Source: Agathobacter rectalis
Lineage (GTDB): Bacteria; Actinomycetota; Coriobacteriia; Coriobacteriales; QAMH01
Assembly: GCA_963590525.1 (NCBI GenBank)
Contig: CAVAPV010000004.1
Span: 1,465-65,464 of the forward strand
Reading direction: 5' to 3'
Length of the DNA: 64,000 nt
The notes beneath the pieces are model-generated. The model made no database searches. It was not told the DNA's origin and saw only the letters and a list, made by a program, of their open reading frames with translations. Shown piece by piece: positions 44,830 through 53,452 of this stretch (positions within the stretch are counted from its first letter, which is position 1; every line of letters begins with the position of its first letter). Position numbers and translations under genes: made by a program.

Positions 44830-45762
44830 TCAGTAGAAGCTTTCTTGTGCGTCGATCATGTCTTTGAGCAGCTTGGCCATAGCTTTGTAGTTATAAGGGA
44901 GCATCATCTTCTTGAAGAGGGGATTAAGCAAACCAGGAACGCTTTGGAACTGCAAGACGATGTTGTAGGCAGTGTTAAGCCCCACCGTATCGATAACCTT
45001 GAAGGGCCCTTTGGGCGCTCCGGTGCCACGCTCCCATGCGATATCGATGCTCTTGGGATCGCTCACTCCCGCAGCCCACAAATCCAATGCGCTCAGTAAC
45101 CAGGGCACGAGCATGGAGTTAAGAAGGTATCCGCTTTTTTCCTTGCGAACCGGAAGCGCGATCATGCGAATCTGATTGGCAAAACCGATAAGCGCATCAA
45201 ACGTAGATTCGGCCGTCCCATCGTGCCCCATAACCTCAGCTGTATTGTTCTTCCAAATGGAATTGGCAAAATGCAAAGCGGCATACTTGTCGGGACGCCC
45301 TGTGACCTTGGCAAACTGACTGGGAAGCAAAGTGGATGAATTGGATGCGAGAATGGTTTTCTCCGGCAAATGCGGGGCAAGCTTCTGGTAGAACTCTGTC
45401 TTGGCCTTGGGGTCTTCGGCCATGGATTCTATGACAAGATCTGCATCAGCAACAGCCCTTGCCATATCGAGCTCAAACGTCAGCCCACTATACGCAGACT
45501 CAACACGCGCAAGAAGCTCCTGCTTGTCGAAAGGCGCATCGCTGTCTGCGATGCCAGCACACCATGGCCCTTCTCCCAAAGCCATCTTTTCTATCTCGTC
45601 TATATACGTTTGACGCAGCTTGTCGATCTTTGGCTTAGTGCGTCCAACAGAGCCTTCGCTGCGAAGCCAGATAGTCACATCAAAACCACAATATGCTGTC
45701 TGGAACGCAATCTGGCTCCCCAAAACGCCGCCGCCTGCAACTACGATCTTCTCAAAAGCCAT
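44830..45762 (-). CDS. 3-hydroxyacyl-CoA dehydrogenase family protein (Hbd-like, NAD-binding)
   Basis: Rossmann motif KIVVAGGGVLGSQIA, ..ESMAEDPKAKTEFY..SNSSTL..ALHFANSIW... ATG 45762 is preferred over GTG 45771. Confidence 0.8.
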   Translation of the reverse strand: MAFEKIVVAGGGVLGSQIAFQTAYCGFDVTIWLRSEGSVGRTKPKIDKLRQTYIDEIEKMALGEGPWCAGIADSDAPFDKQELLARVESAYSGLTFELDMARAVADADLVIESMAEDPKAKTEFYQKLAPHLPEKTILASNSSTLLPSQFAKVTGRPDKYAALHFANSIWKNNTAEVMGHDGTAESTFDALIGFANQIRMIALPVRKEKSGYLLNSMLVPWLLSALDLWAAGVSDPKSIDIAWERGTGAPKGPFKVIDTVGLNTAYNIVLQFQSVPGLLNPLFKKMMLPYNYKAMAKLLKDMIDAQESFY

Positions 45763-45906
45763 AGCAACCACCCTTAAGCTCGACGCTGATAGTTGCGTAT
45801 AGACTGACAGTGCAAAAGCTTATTGAAAACCATAAGCACAGGCTTATTCCGCAAACGGAAACCTCAACGGCAAAGACAACGTTAAGAGAAAACAGCAGCG
45901 ATTGGA

Positions 45907-45997
45907 CAGCAAGCAGCAAGCAGCAAGCAGCAAGCAGCAAGCAGCAAGCAGCAAGTAGCAAGTAGCAAGTAGCAAGTAGCAAGTAGCAAGTAGCAAG
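45907..45997. repeat. 13-copy heptanucleotide tandem array, (CAGCAAG)7(TAGCAAG)6
   Basis: Counted directly. Seven CAGCAAG units run from 45907 and six TAGCAAG units run from 45956. The array is intergenic, between the hpf terminator and the Hbd-like gene. Confidence 0.95.
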
Positions 45998-46000
45998 TAG

Positions 46001-46036
46001 CAAGTATGAAACCAAAAATCCCGCCCCTCGTTGAGG
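46001..46036 (-). terminator. Strong intrinsic terminator of hpf
   Basis: Minus strand: UCCCGCCCCUC aac GAGGGGCGGGA followed by UUUUUGGUUU. Confidence 0.85.
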
Positions 46037-46163
46037 GGCGGGACATTACCGGCTTATAAAAGAGTCTCGCATCGCGCTAGGTCAGCTGATCTGACCGCTT
46101 TCGACGGTTGCGAATACGCGTCAAACCTCACTCAAGCATGAGGCCCAAGCAACATGCCTCCCG

Positions 46164-46751
46164 TTACTCCTTGTAGCCAACAACCTTGGGCTGGATGATG
46201 CCATAGCCGCCATTGGAACGATGATAAACAACCTGCACCTGGTGAGTGTCTTGGTCGAAGTAGACATAGAAGTCATGACCGAGAAGGTCAGTCTGGACCA
46301 ACGCACGCTCCATGGTCATAGGCTCGATCTCGATCTCCTTCATGCGGACCAGAAGATCGTCATCATCGCCGACTTCCTCGACAGGGGGAAGCTCGATGCT
46401 ATCGATCTCTTCTACAGCCATGCTCTTGATCGTGCCGCGGCCGCCGCGACGATCAACAACCTTGGTCTTGTACTTGCGCAGCTGGCGAGCCACCTTATCT
46501 GCAGCCGCATCGATTGCGGCATACATGTCGTCCTCAGACTCGCTCACGCGAATCACTGCACCTTTAGCGTGAACAGTGACCTCGCAGGTATTGGACTTGG
46601 GGTTGGCAGGGTTATGAGCAGTTCTCAAAACAACCTCTGCGTTCATCGCAGCGGCCTCAAACACCTCAAGAGAGCGCCCGATCTTCTCTTCTACGTAATC
46701 CCTCAGCGCCGCGGTAACGGTGGTCTTGCGTCCGGTAACTGTGATGCTCAT
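46164..46751 (-). CDS. hpf: Ribosome hibernation promoting factor, long form
   Basis: MSITVTGRKTTVTAALRDYVEEKI...YAAIDAAADKVARQLRKYK... plus a C-terminal dimerisation domain ..MTMERALVQTDLLGHDFYVYFD... Confidence 0.9.
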   Translation of the reverse strand: MSITVTGRKTTVTAALRDYVEEKIGRSLEVFEAAAMNAEVVLRTAHNPANPKSNTCEVTVHAKGAVIRVSESEDDMYAAIDAAADKVARQLRKYKTKVVDRRGGRGTIKSMAVEEIDSIELPPVEEVGDDDDLLVRMKEIEIEPMTMERALVQTDLLGHDFYVYFDQDTHQVQVVYHRSNGGYGIIQPKVVGYKE

Positions 46752-46841
46752 TTTGACCTCCTACATTAGAACTGCGTTCTATTCCACGAGCACTATGCCC
46801 GTTTGGAAACTGATTTTGAGAAACTCTAAACCCCTCTAGCG

Positions 46842-47789
46842 CTACTCCTCTGCTGCTTCTGCCTTCGTGTCAGTTGTTGCCGATGCCCCAAAAGAAGAAG
46901 GCAGGGACTCCTCATCAAGAGAGCCGGCCATAAGCGTGGAGCTTTGGCTTCCAAGCCACTTTGCGGCAACCACATCAAGAGAGCCATTGGTTGTCATAGC
47001 CTCTACAGCTTGGTTAACCGCAGTAGAAAGCTGCTCGTTTGAAGAAGCCGTAACCGCGTAAACAGGCGACACGTCGTTGGCGCTTAGAAAATCAACTCGA
47101 ACGATGTCTGAGTAATCGCGCGAATAGTAATCGCCAACAACGGCATCGGCAACAAAGTAGGTGTAAGAACCGTTCTCAATTGCCTCAAACGCCTCTTGAA
47201 CCGTGGCAACAGTATCTACAGAGTCTATTCCCAGTGCATCTTGAATCTCGTACGCGGCGGCAGAAGACTCCTGCACAAGCGTTTTCTCTTTACTCAAGTC
47301 GATAGAAGAAACGCTGTCCGGCATGTTTTTAACAAGGCAAAACAGGGAGGCGCCGTCATTTATGTAAGCGCTCGTGTAATTGAGGTCTTTGTTGCTGCCG
47401 CTTTTTACCGCACCCAAAGCAACATCGACTGTGCCGTTAGTCACCGCGGTTTTGCCATCGGTGCCAACGTCAACGATCTTGACCTTGCAGCCAAGCTCGT
47501 CTGCGAGGGCTGCGGCAACATCGACATCAAAACCAATGGTCTCACCGTTGGCATTGGTTCCACCATACGGGGATTTGTTTGCATTGACGCCCACTGTGAG
47601 CACACCGTCTTCGATGACAGAACCAGCAGGCAAGGTAGATGAAAGCTGCACGGCAGGATCTGTATTGGAGACGATGCCCAAGGTGCTTTCTACTTGAGAG
47701 CAAGCGCACAAGGCACTCAGAGAAGTGACGCACAGGACAGCTGCAAAGGCGCTCGCCATCACTTTCTTGGTAAAGGCTCGCTTTGCCAT
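46842..47789 (-). CDS. Amino-acid ABC transporter substrate-binding lipoprotein (family 3 SBP); no adjacent permease or ATPase
   Basis: Lipobox LCAC. ..LTVGVNANKSPYGG..GFDVDVAAALADELG... RBS GGAGG. Confidence 0.75.
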   Translation of the reverse strand: MAKRAFTKKVMASAFAAVLCVTSLSALCACSQVESTLGIVSNTDPAVQLSSTLPAGSVIEDGVLTVGVNANKSPYGGTNANGETIGFDVDVAAALADELGCKVKIVDVGTDGKTAVTNGTVDVALGAVKSGSNKDLNYTSAYINDGASLFCLVKNMPDSVSSIDLSKEKTLVQESSAAAYEIQDALGIDSVDTVATVQEAFEAIENGSYTYFVADAVVGDYYSRDYSDIVRVDFLSANDVSPVYAVTASSNEQLSTAVNQAVEAMTTNGSLDVVAAKWLGSQSSTLMAGSLDEESLPSSFGASATTDTKAEAAEE

Positions 47790-48083
47790 CCGTACCTCCA
47801 GAGCAATTCAAAAAGGTCCAGTTGGAACTCCTCCCAACTGACCTGGTATTTGACCCCACACTCGCGCACTGGAACTTTTGCTTCGGCCGCGGTAATCCAC
47901 GACCCCACTTAAGGTTCTCTCGCCCCGGGGACCCTTTGTCCCCTATCAAAGGCGGTGCGTCTTACCCCTAGGACGCGCCATGCTCGCCGAGCCGTCAAGC
48001 CCGACTTACGTGGATCCTTTTGACCGCGTCTGCCTTGGACTAAGGAAGCTTATGTCTTCCCGCAACCACAGACTTGGGAGGAG
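47790..48083 (-). promoter_or_regulatory. ~290-nt structured leader with an intrinsic terminator and a long-range anti-terminator pairing (class not recognised)
   Basis: Minus strand: an extended -10-like TGcTACACT lies near 48090-48100. The leader 5' end CUCCUCCCAA (48083-48074) is perfectly complementary to UUGGGAGGAG (47837-47828) inside the terminator GGUCAGUUGG gaggaguu CCAACUGGACC + U5 (47843-47810). Several internal hairpins are present. GUGGGGUC is repeated twice. Confidence 0.5.
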
Positions 48084-48239
48084 CTAAAGAAAGTGTAGCA
48101 CAGCAAAATGCGCGCCCCTCATGCGTCAACAAGCCGACACCCCCGGCCCCGTGTTCATAGAAACGTAAAGGTCGCACAAGGTTGCAAGAGAGAATCACCA
48201 GGCAGCCGATAGGAAAACTCGCGCCTTGATGAGGGCCGT

Positions 48240-49172
48240 CTAGATAGGGCTGTTGAGAAGCGACTGCGCAAGGGAGAGGTAGACTCCGTCTGGCTCGAAA
48301 AGCCAAGTGCCGATGTCTCTCACCATCACTGTGAGGGGATAATCGCGCCCTTCTAGCTTGAAATGCTTAAATCCCATCTGGACAAGCTCTTCTATACGCT
48401 GAGCCGATATGAGGCTGTTGACCAACGGTGCATCGTGCCTGCGCTGCAGGCACTCGTTGTTGATCTGCACCAGCTTGCCCTCAAGACGGCGCTGAGCAAT
48501 GAAGTTGCCCGTGCTTGCGGCGTTGGCTGCCAGCGTCTGTGTCATGTAGTGATCCTTTGACAAGGGGCAGTTGGGACGACAGCGATGATTGACGATGAAC
48601 TCGACTCGGTCGGGATGCTCGATTTGCGTGAGGTAGCTGTCATCGTTTGCAAAGGCACTGTTGACCACGACGATGTCGTAGCGCTTGAAAAGCTCGTTGT
48701 AATACGACGGCGGTTCCTGACCGAGCCTGTTTTCCACCGTTGGCTTGACCAGCGAGCTTATCAGTTGGAGCTTAGGATAAGCAGAACGTATGTAATCGGC
48801 CAAAAGATCGTTAGCGACGATGACGCCGTTATTGTCAGAAAGATTCAGCCGCTCAAGCAAGAAATTGCTCTCGGGGTCATCTAAATCCTGCTCTGTTATC
48901 TCGGTATTGCTAAACGTAAGGCGGCAGCCTACCTGCAGCTGAGCATAGCGATCAAAAACCTCGCACACGTTGTCCTTGTCAAAAACCAAAGGCGCAGCGC
49001 GGCCTCCCTGAAACGCGCAGGACACGCTTCCAAAGACGTAGTCGATGGGAAACTTGATACCTTGGCGCTGGCAAGCCTGAGCCAACAAAAGGGCATAGCC
49101 GTCATGGGCAAACATGACACCCACGTTGAAATCGCAAGAGCCTATATAGTCTCTAAAAACCTTTTGGGTCAT
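48240..49172 (-). CDS. Hypothetical protein (310 aa), family not recognised
   Basis: Clean ORF with good codon bias. It is the last gene of the purB-TSCPD-lipoprotein string. Contains ..FIVNHRCRPNCPLSKDHY..FKHFKLEGRDYP... Confidence 0.5.
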   Translation of the reverse strand: MTQKVFRDYIGSCDFNVGVMFAHDGYALLLAQACQRQGIKFPIDYVFGSVSCAFQGGRAAPLVFDKDNVCEVFDRYAQLQVGCRLTFSNTEITEQDLDDPESNFLLERLNLSDNNGVIVANDLLADYIRSAYPKLQLISSLVKPTVENRLGQEPPSYYNELFKRYDIVVVNSAFANDDSYLTQIEHPDRVEFIVNHRCRPNCPLSKDHYMTQTLAANAASTGNFIAQRRLEGKLVQINNECLQRRHDAPLVNSLISAQRIEELVQMGFKHFKLEGRDYPLTVMVRDIGTWLFEPDGVYLSLAQSLLNSPI

Positions 49173-49190
49173 ACCCTGCCCTGTCTCGCT

Positions 49191-50459
49191 TTAGCTGATA
49201 TCCACAAGCTCTATGGAACGTACTTCGACCTTGCGCGTGGTCTCGCCTTTTTTGACTTGGGCCACAGTCGCGTAGTTATACACCTTGCCTTCCAGCTCTC
49301 CGGTCGCAATACTAAAGTCGCCGTAATCCTCGGAGCCATCTGGCGCGCTGACGGTAAAGTAGCGTTTGCCCTTCATGTCCACAAAGACCGTGCGGCCAGA
49401 GCTCTTGCAAAACACCCAGCCAGCCGAGCTTCCTATGGGTGTGACGGGAGTCCTGGTCAAACGCAGCCAAGTGCCATCGCCAGCCGCAACATACGTGCCA
49501 ACGCTGGCGATGCCGTCTCCGTAATCGTAGCCAGCCGATATGCCAAAGCTAAAAGCACCGTTGACATAGGTAAAGGTATTGGGGCGAAACCCGTGCGGCA
49601 AAACCTGCGATGCAACCACGCCGCTGCCTTGTATAGCCGTGAGCTGATAGTAGACAGAGGACCGGTTCTCGTGTCTGGGCATGCACACCAAGCTCTTGCC
49701 GCTCGTATACAAGCCGCCGTTAAACCTACCGTGGCTTGTATAAGCAATCCCACCGTTAGTCTTAAGCAGAGAATCCTCGCTTGTCTTGGAGCCGTCTTCT
49801 GCAGGTTGGACAATCCAATAAGCTTGAGAATCTACAACGGCAAGCTCTGGCACGTCGTAATCGGCACCGCCCTCGTCAAGCAACGTAGCCTCGCCCACGC
49901 TAAGCGCGTCGGCATCGATTGAAGCGCTGTAGAGGCGCCAGTCGTCTGTGAGATAGTTGCACTCGACCCATAGCAAAAGACTGTCGCTGCAACGAGCCTC
50001 GTGGATCACGAAACCAGTATCCTTGCCTTGGGCCTCTTGAAGCGCGGTCTCGTAACGCCCCGACTCAAGCCCCATCAAAAAGACCTGGGTAAGTGTACGG
50101 GACGTGCTTCCGGGAGCGGTGGCGCAGGCGATTTTGGAACCGCTTGCAAAAAGCTGCGTGCCGACATCCAAATCGATGACGGATTCCACCGTGCAGTACT
50201 TGCCCGTGCTCTTTATCTCCTTGAAGCTCTCCAAGGTCGTCACAGACTCCGTTGCCACCTCTAGCACATCGGGAGCAGCAGACGAGCTGCCAGAGCTGCA
50301 ACCGCTTGCAACAACAGCGGCGCTCACGGCAGCCACTGCAGCCGCACCTGCCGCAGCGCCGGGAATGGCACCGAGAAGGTCGCGTCGGGTGATAGGCGCA
50401 GATGCAGCAGCTGCGATAGGAGACGCTGCAGGCTTGTTGTTCTTGGGATTGGCAGACAC
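49191..50459 (-). CDS. Tat-signal lipoprotein of unknown function (beta-rich, propeller-like)
   Basis: ITRRDLLGAIPGAAAG... twin-arginine motif, then the lipobox VVASGC. Confidence 0.6.
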   Translation of the reverse strand: MSANPKNNKPAASPIAAAASAPITRRDLLGAIPGAAAGAAAVAAVSAAVVASGCSSGSSSAAPDVLEVATESVTTLESFKEIKSTGKYCTVESVIDLDVGTQLFASGSKIACATAPGSTSRTLTQVFLMGLESGRYETALQEAQGKDTGFVIHEARCSDSLLLWVECNYLTDDWRLYSASIDADALSVGEATLLDEGGADYDVPELAVVDSQAYWIVQPAEDGSKTSEDSLLKTNGGIAYTSHGRFNGGLYTSGKSLVCMPRHENRSSVYYQLTAIQGSGVVASQVLPHGFRPNTFTYVNGAFSFGISAGYDYGDGIASVGTYVAAGDGTWLRLTRTPVTPIGSSAGWVFCKSSGRTVFVDMKGKRYFTVSAPDGSEDYGDFSIATGELEGKVYNYATVAQVKKGETTRKVEVRSIELVDIS

Positions 50460-50719
50460 TAGGAGCGCTTCTCCAAAGCCTCGCGCAGCGCACGCGCCAG
50501 CTGATCGGGGCAGCTCGTGGACTTAGGGCCGCAAGTGGTGCCTGCGACGCGGTCGATAACCTCTTGCGCCGGCATGTTCTCTATAAGGGCACCGATGCCC
50601 TTGAGGTTGCCGTTGCAGCCACCCATGAACTCGACATCGTGCACGCGATCTTGCTCGTCAAGCGAGAACGTGATCATACGGGCGCAAGTCCCGTGGGTGC
50701 GATAGCTGTGCTCTTCCAT
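50459..50719 (-). CDS. TSCPD-domain small protein (TIGR03905-like)
   Basis: 86 aa. ..HGTCARMITFSLDEQDRVHDVEFMGGCNGNLKGIGALIENM..GTTCGPKSTSCPDQLA... Confidence 0.75.
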   Translation of the reverse strand: MEEHSYRTHGTCARMITFSLDEQDRVHDVEFMGGCNGNLKGIGALIENMPAQEVIDRVAGTTCGPKSTSCPDQLARALREALEKRS

Positions 50720-50763
50720 CTCTCGTCTCCTCTATCTGTACTCTCTCGCACAAAAGACCAGGT

Positions 50764-52107
50764 CTAGAACTCAAGACCCTTGAGCTTGTCGAACATGACG
50801 TCTTTGCGCTGCAAGAACTGCCAGGGGTCAAAAATCTTGTCGAGGACCTCTTTGGTAAGCGGGCACTCGGGATCTGCCTCGAGGCGCTCGCGATATGTGG
50901 GGCCGTCGACTGCCTGCTGGATGTCTTCCCACACCTGCATGGCGTTGCGTTGAACGATGACGTAGGCGTCCTCGCGGGTCATGCCCGTGTCAACGAGAGC
51001 CAAAATGCACTTGGAGCTAAAGATGAGGCCCTTGGTGCGCCAGAGATTATGCTCGGCCTTGTTGGTATAGACGTTGAGGCCGTCGAGCATCCACTGCATC
51101 TTGCCAAACATGTAGTCAAGCGCCGTGAAGCTGTCTGCCAAGGCGACACGCTCTGCGCCGGAATGCGAGATATCGCGCTCGAACCACAGGGCGACGTTGT
51201 CAAATGCAACCTGTGCGTTGCCCTTGACCACGCGGGACAAGCCGCAAACGCGCTCTGCGGTGATGGGATTGCGCTTGTGGGGCATGGCAGAGCTGCCCTT
51301 TTGACCCTTGGTAAAGGGCTCCTCGGCCTCGATGACATCGGATTGCTGCATCAGGCGAACCTGCAGCGCGATGCTCTCCAAAGTGGATGCCGTAACCGCG
51401 AGCGCGCTCATCATCTGAGCGTGGCGGTCGCGTGCGAGAACCTGCGTGGACAAGGGATCGGGGGTGAGACCGAGCTTCTCGCAAACGTACTGCTCGACAT
51501 AGGGGTCGATATTGGAATACGTGCCCACAGCACCGGAGATAGCACCCGTCGCGGAGCACTCGCGTGCCTGCTCGATGCGCGTCTGTGCGCGTTTGAGGGC
51601 CCAAGCCCAAGAGCCAAACTTCATCCCCCAAGTCATGGGTTCTGCATGGATGCCATGGGTGCGGCCCACGCAAAGCGCATCCTCGAACTCGAAGGCGCGG
51701 CGCTTGCAGGTCTCGCCGAGTTTCTTGATGTCTTCAAGGATGATATCTGCCGCCTGGATGATCTGGTAGCTCAGCGCGGTATCGCCCAAATCGGACGAGG
51801 TCATGCCGTAATGAACCCAACGGCTGGGTTTGGGCTGACCTTGCGGGACATCAGCATCGATGTACTTGGCCATGACCGTGGTAAAGGCGATGACGTCGTG
51901 ATTGGTGACTTTTTCGACCTCATCGATTTCTGGGACCGTGCAGTCTGCATACTTGCGGATCCATGCGGCCTCCTCTTTGGTGATGCCGCACTGGCCAAGC
52001 TCTGCCTGCGCCTCGCAAGCCAAGATCTCAACTTCTTTCCAGATATTGAACTTGTTTTCCATGGACCAGATGTGACCCATGTCGGGACGGGTGTAGCGAC
52101 CGATCAT
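50764..52107 (-). CDS. purB: Adenylosuccinate lyase
   Basis: MIGRYTRPDMGHIWSMENKFNIWKEVE..., ..GSSAMPHKRNP... Start ATG 52107 follows AAAGGAG; the track ORF starts at 52155. Confidence 0.95.
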   Translation of the reverse strand: MIGRYTRPDMGHIWSMENKFNIWKEVEILACEAQAELGQCGITKEEAAWIRKYADCTVPEIDEVEKVTNHDVIAFTTVMAKYIDADVPQGQPKPSRWVHYGMTSSDLGDTALSYQIIQAADIILEDIKKLGETCKRRAFEFEDALCVGRTHGIHAEPMTWGMKFGSWAWALKRAQTRIEQARECSATGAISGAVGTYSNIDPYVEQYVCEKLGLTPDPLSTQVLARDRHAQMMSALAVTASTLESIALQVRLMQQSDVIEAEEPFTKGQKGSSAMPHKRNPITAERVCGLSRVVKGNAQVAFDNVALWFERDISHSGAERVALADSFTALDYMFGKMQWMLDGLNVYTNKAEHNLWRTKGLIFSSKCILALVDTGMTREDAYVIVQRNAMQVWEDIQQAVDGPTYRERLEADPECPLTKEVLDKIFDPWQFLQRKDVMFDKLKGLEF

Positions 52108-52424
52108 CGACGCGCTCCTTTGCGTAGCGGACAGACTTTTCTGATAAAGGGACATTTTAACGCGGCCGAACAGCGTCTTTTAGCGCAAGGCTTGCCACAA
52201 GACTAAAACGACACAATTGGACGGCAAGGGCAAAACCTAGGGTTTAACACCCGACATCTGCCCTATAGGCGCATTCAGGTCCGAGGCAGGTACCGCAAAC
52301 GGGTATCTTCTCGTTTGCATGCAAGACATACGCAGTGGTCGCGTATAAACCAAGAGACGACAGGCCATTTGACTCTCTTGACGTCAACGGTCCCGCTGCC
52401 AGGCGCTAGCGAGAAAGGATCTTC

Positions 52425-53324
52425 ATGATTCCCTATGTTCCAGATGCAGTACCCGATATTCTTCAGGCGTTGGTCTTTGCCATCGCCTTTACCCTGGTGG
52501 CGGCAAAGCCACTGCGCAAACATCCCCTCCCCTTCTATGCGGTTTTCATCGTCGCAGCGTTTTTCACCTTTATTGATTTGGGGCACGTCAACCAAGTCGC
52601 CTATACCGTCGACAACCTCTTGGCCAGCTGCTACACCGGCGTGGCCTTCTATCTGCTGGTGATGTTTACCGGAGCTTTGCCCGTCAAATGGGGTTACACC
52701 AAGCTTCTATACTCCATACGAAGCGAGCTCTCTATCTTGGCGGGCTTTATCATCGTGGCTCATGTAGCCAAAGTCATCTTCTTTGTCCCGATGTCGTTTA
52801 CGGGGTACTGGCCGCTGATCTGGCGCGATGCAGCACCCATCATGTTTGCCGCAAGCACCATAGTGGGCCTGCCGCTGCTCGTGTGTTTTCTGGCGCCTTG
52901 GATCGCGTCTTTTCCCGCAGTGCGCAAGCGCATGGAATACGATCAGTGGAAAAGCGTGCAGAAAATGGCCTACCCCTTTATGGCCTTGCTCGTCGTGCAG
53001 GGCTTCTTGCTGGCAGCGGGCCATGCATACTACGTGGGCTCTAGCGCAGATAACTACTATGCGTACGTTGCCACAGGCGCAACCTACTTGATCATCGGCG
53101 CGCTCTACGTTGGGTTCAAGTTTGTAAAGGTCTACAAAGAGAACAACAGGAAACAAGAAGCGCTCAAGCAGCACGATAAAGCACGGAACCAGACAGCTGG
53201 GCAACAAACACGACAGGACCCGCAAGCTACCGCGGCAGAAGAGGGTACGCAAGCCGCTGCAGCCACCGCGCAAACCGAAGAAGGCGCGCAGACCGCAGAC
53301 TCCGGTACAGCGACAAGCCTCTAG
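52425..53324 (+). CDS. Polytopic membrane protein of unknown function with a Q/A/T-rich C-terminal tail
   Basis: Six or more hydrophobic helices. The tail reads ..QTAGQQTRQDPQATAAEEGTQAAAATAQTEEGAQTADSG... Confidence 0.55.
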   Translation: MIPYVPDAVPDILQALVFAIAFTLVAAKPLRKHPLPFYAVFIVAAFFTFIDLGHVNQVAYTVDNLLASCYTGVAFYLLVMFTGALPVKWGYTKLLYSIRSELSILAGFIIVAHVAKVIFFVPMSFTGYWPLIWRDAAPIMFAASTIVGLPLLVCFLAPWIASFPAVRKRMEYDQWKSVQKMAYPFMALLVVQGFLLAAGHAYYVGSSADNYYAYVATGATYLIIGALYVGFKFVKVYKENNRKQEALKQHDKARNQTAGQQTRQDPQATAAEEGTQAAAATAQTEEGAQTADSGTATSL

Positions 53325-53452
53325 ACATAGCGGAGGAATAGCATTACGCCGTTCGCGCACCGCAAAGGCGCACAAAAAAGCAGGACGAACCATCAAGGCT
53401 CGCCCTGCTTGCTTTTTACCAACAGCAGCCTTGCTTGGCACAATGCAAAAAA

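Noticed and set aside
45752-46015. 87-aa ORF (MVSYLLLATCYLLLATCY...) and the thought that the heptamer array might be a CRISPR-like or coding repeat.
   Set aside because: The periodic peptide is simply the 7-bp repeat read in rotating frames. There are no spacers, so it is not a CRISPR array, and there is no RBS or start-codon context.
46752-46841. raiA-motif RNA upstream of hpf/raiA.
   Set aside because: The intergenic gap is only ~90 bp, too short for that ~200-nt motif, and no conserved structure was visible.
47880-47925. Calling the SBP leader a T-box, because of GUGGAUUACCGCGG.
   Set aside because: The resemblance to the UGGNACCGCG core has a 1-nt insertion. I could not find a Stem I with a GA/K-turn, an AG-bulge or distal-loop motifs, a specifier loop, or an antiterminator built around that bulge. 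It is kept as an unclassified leader.
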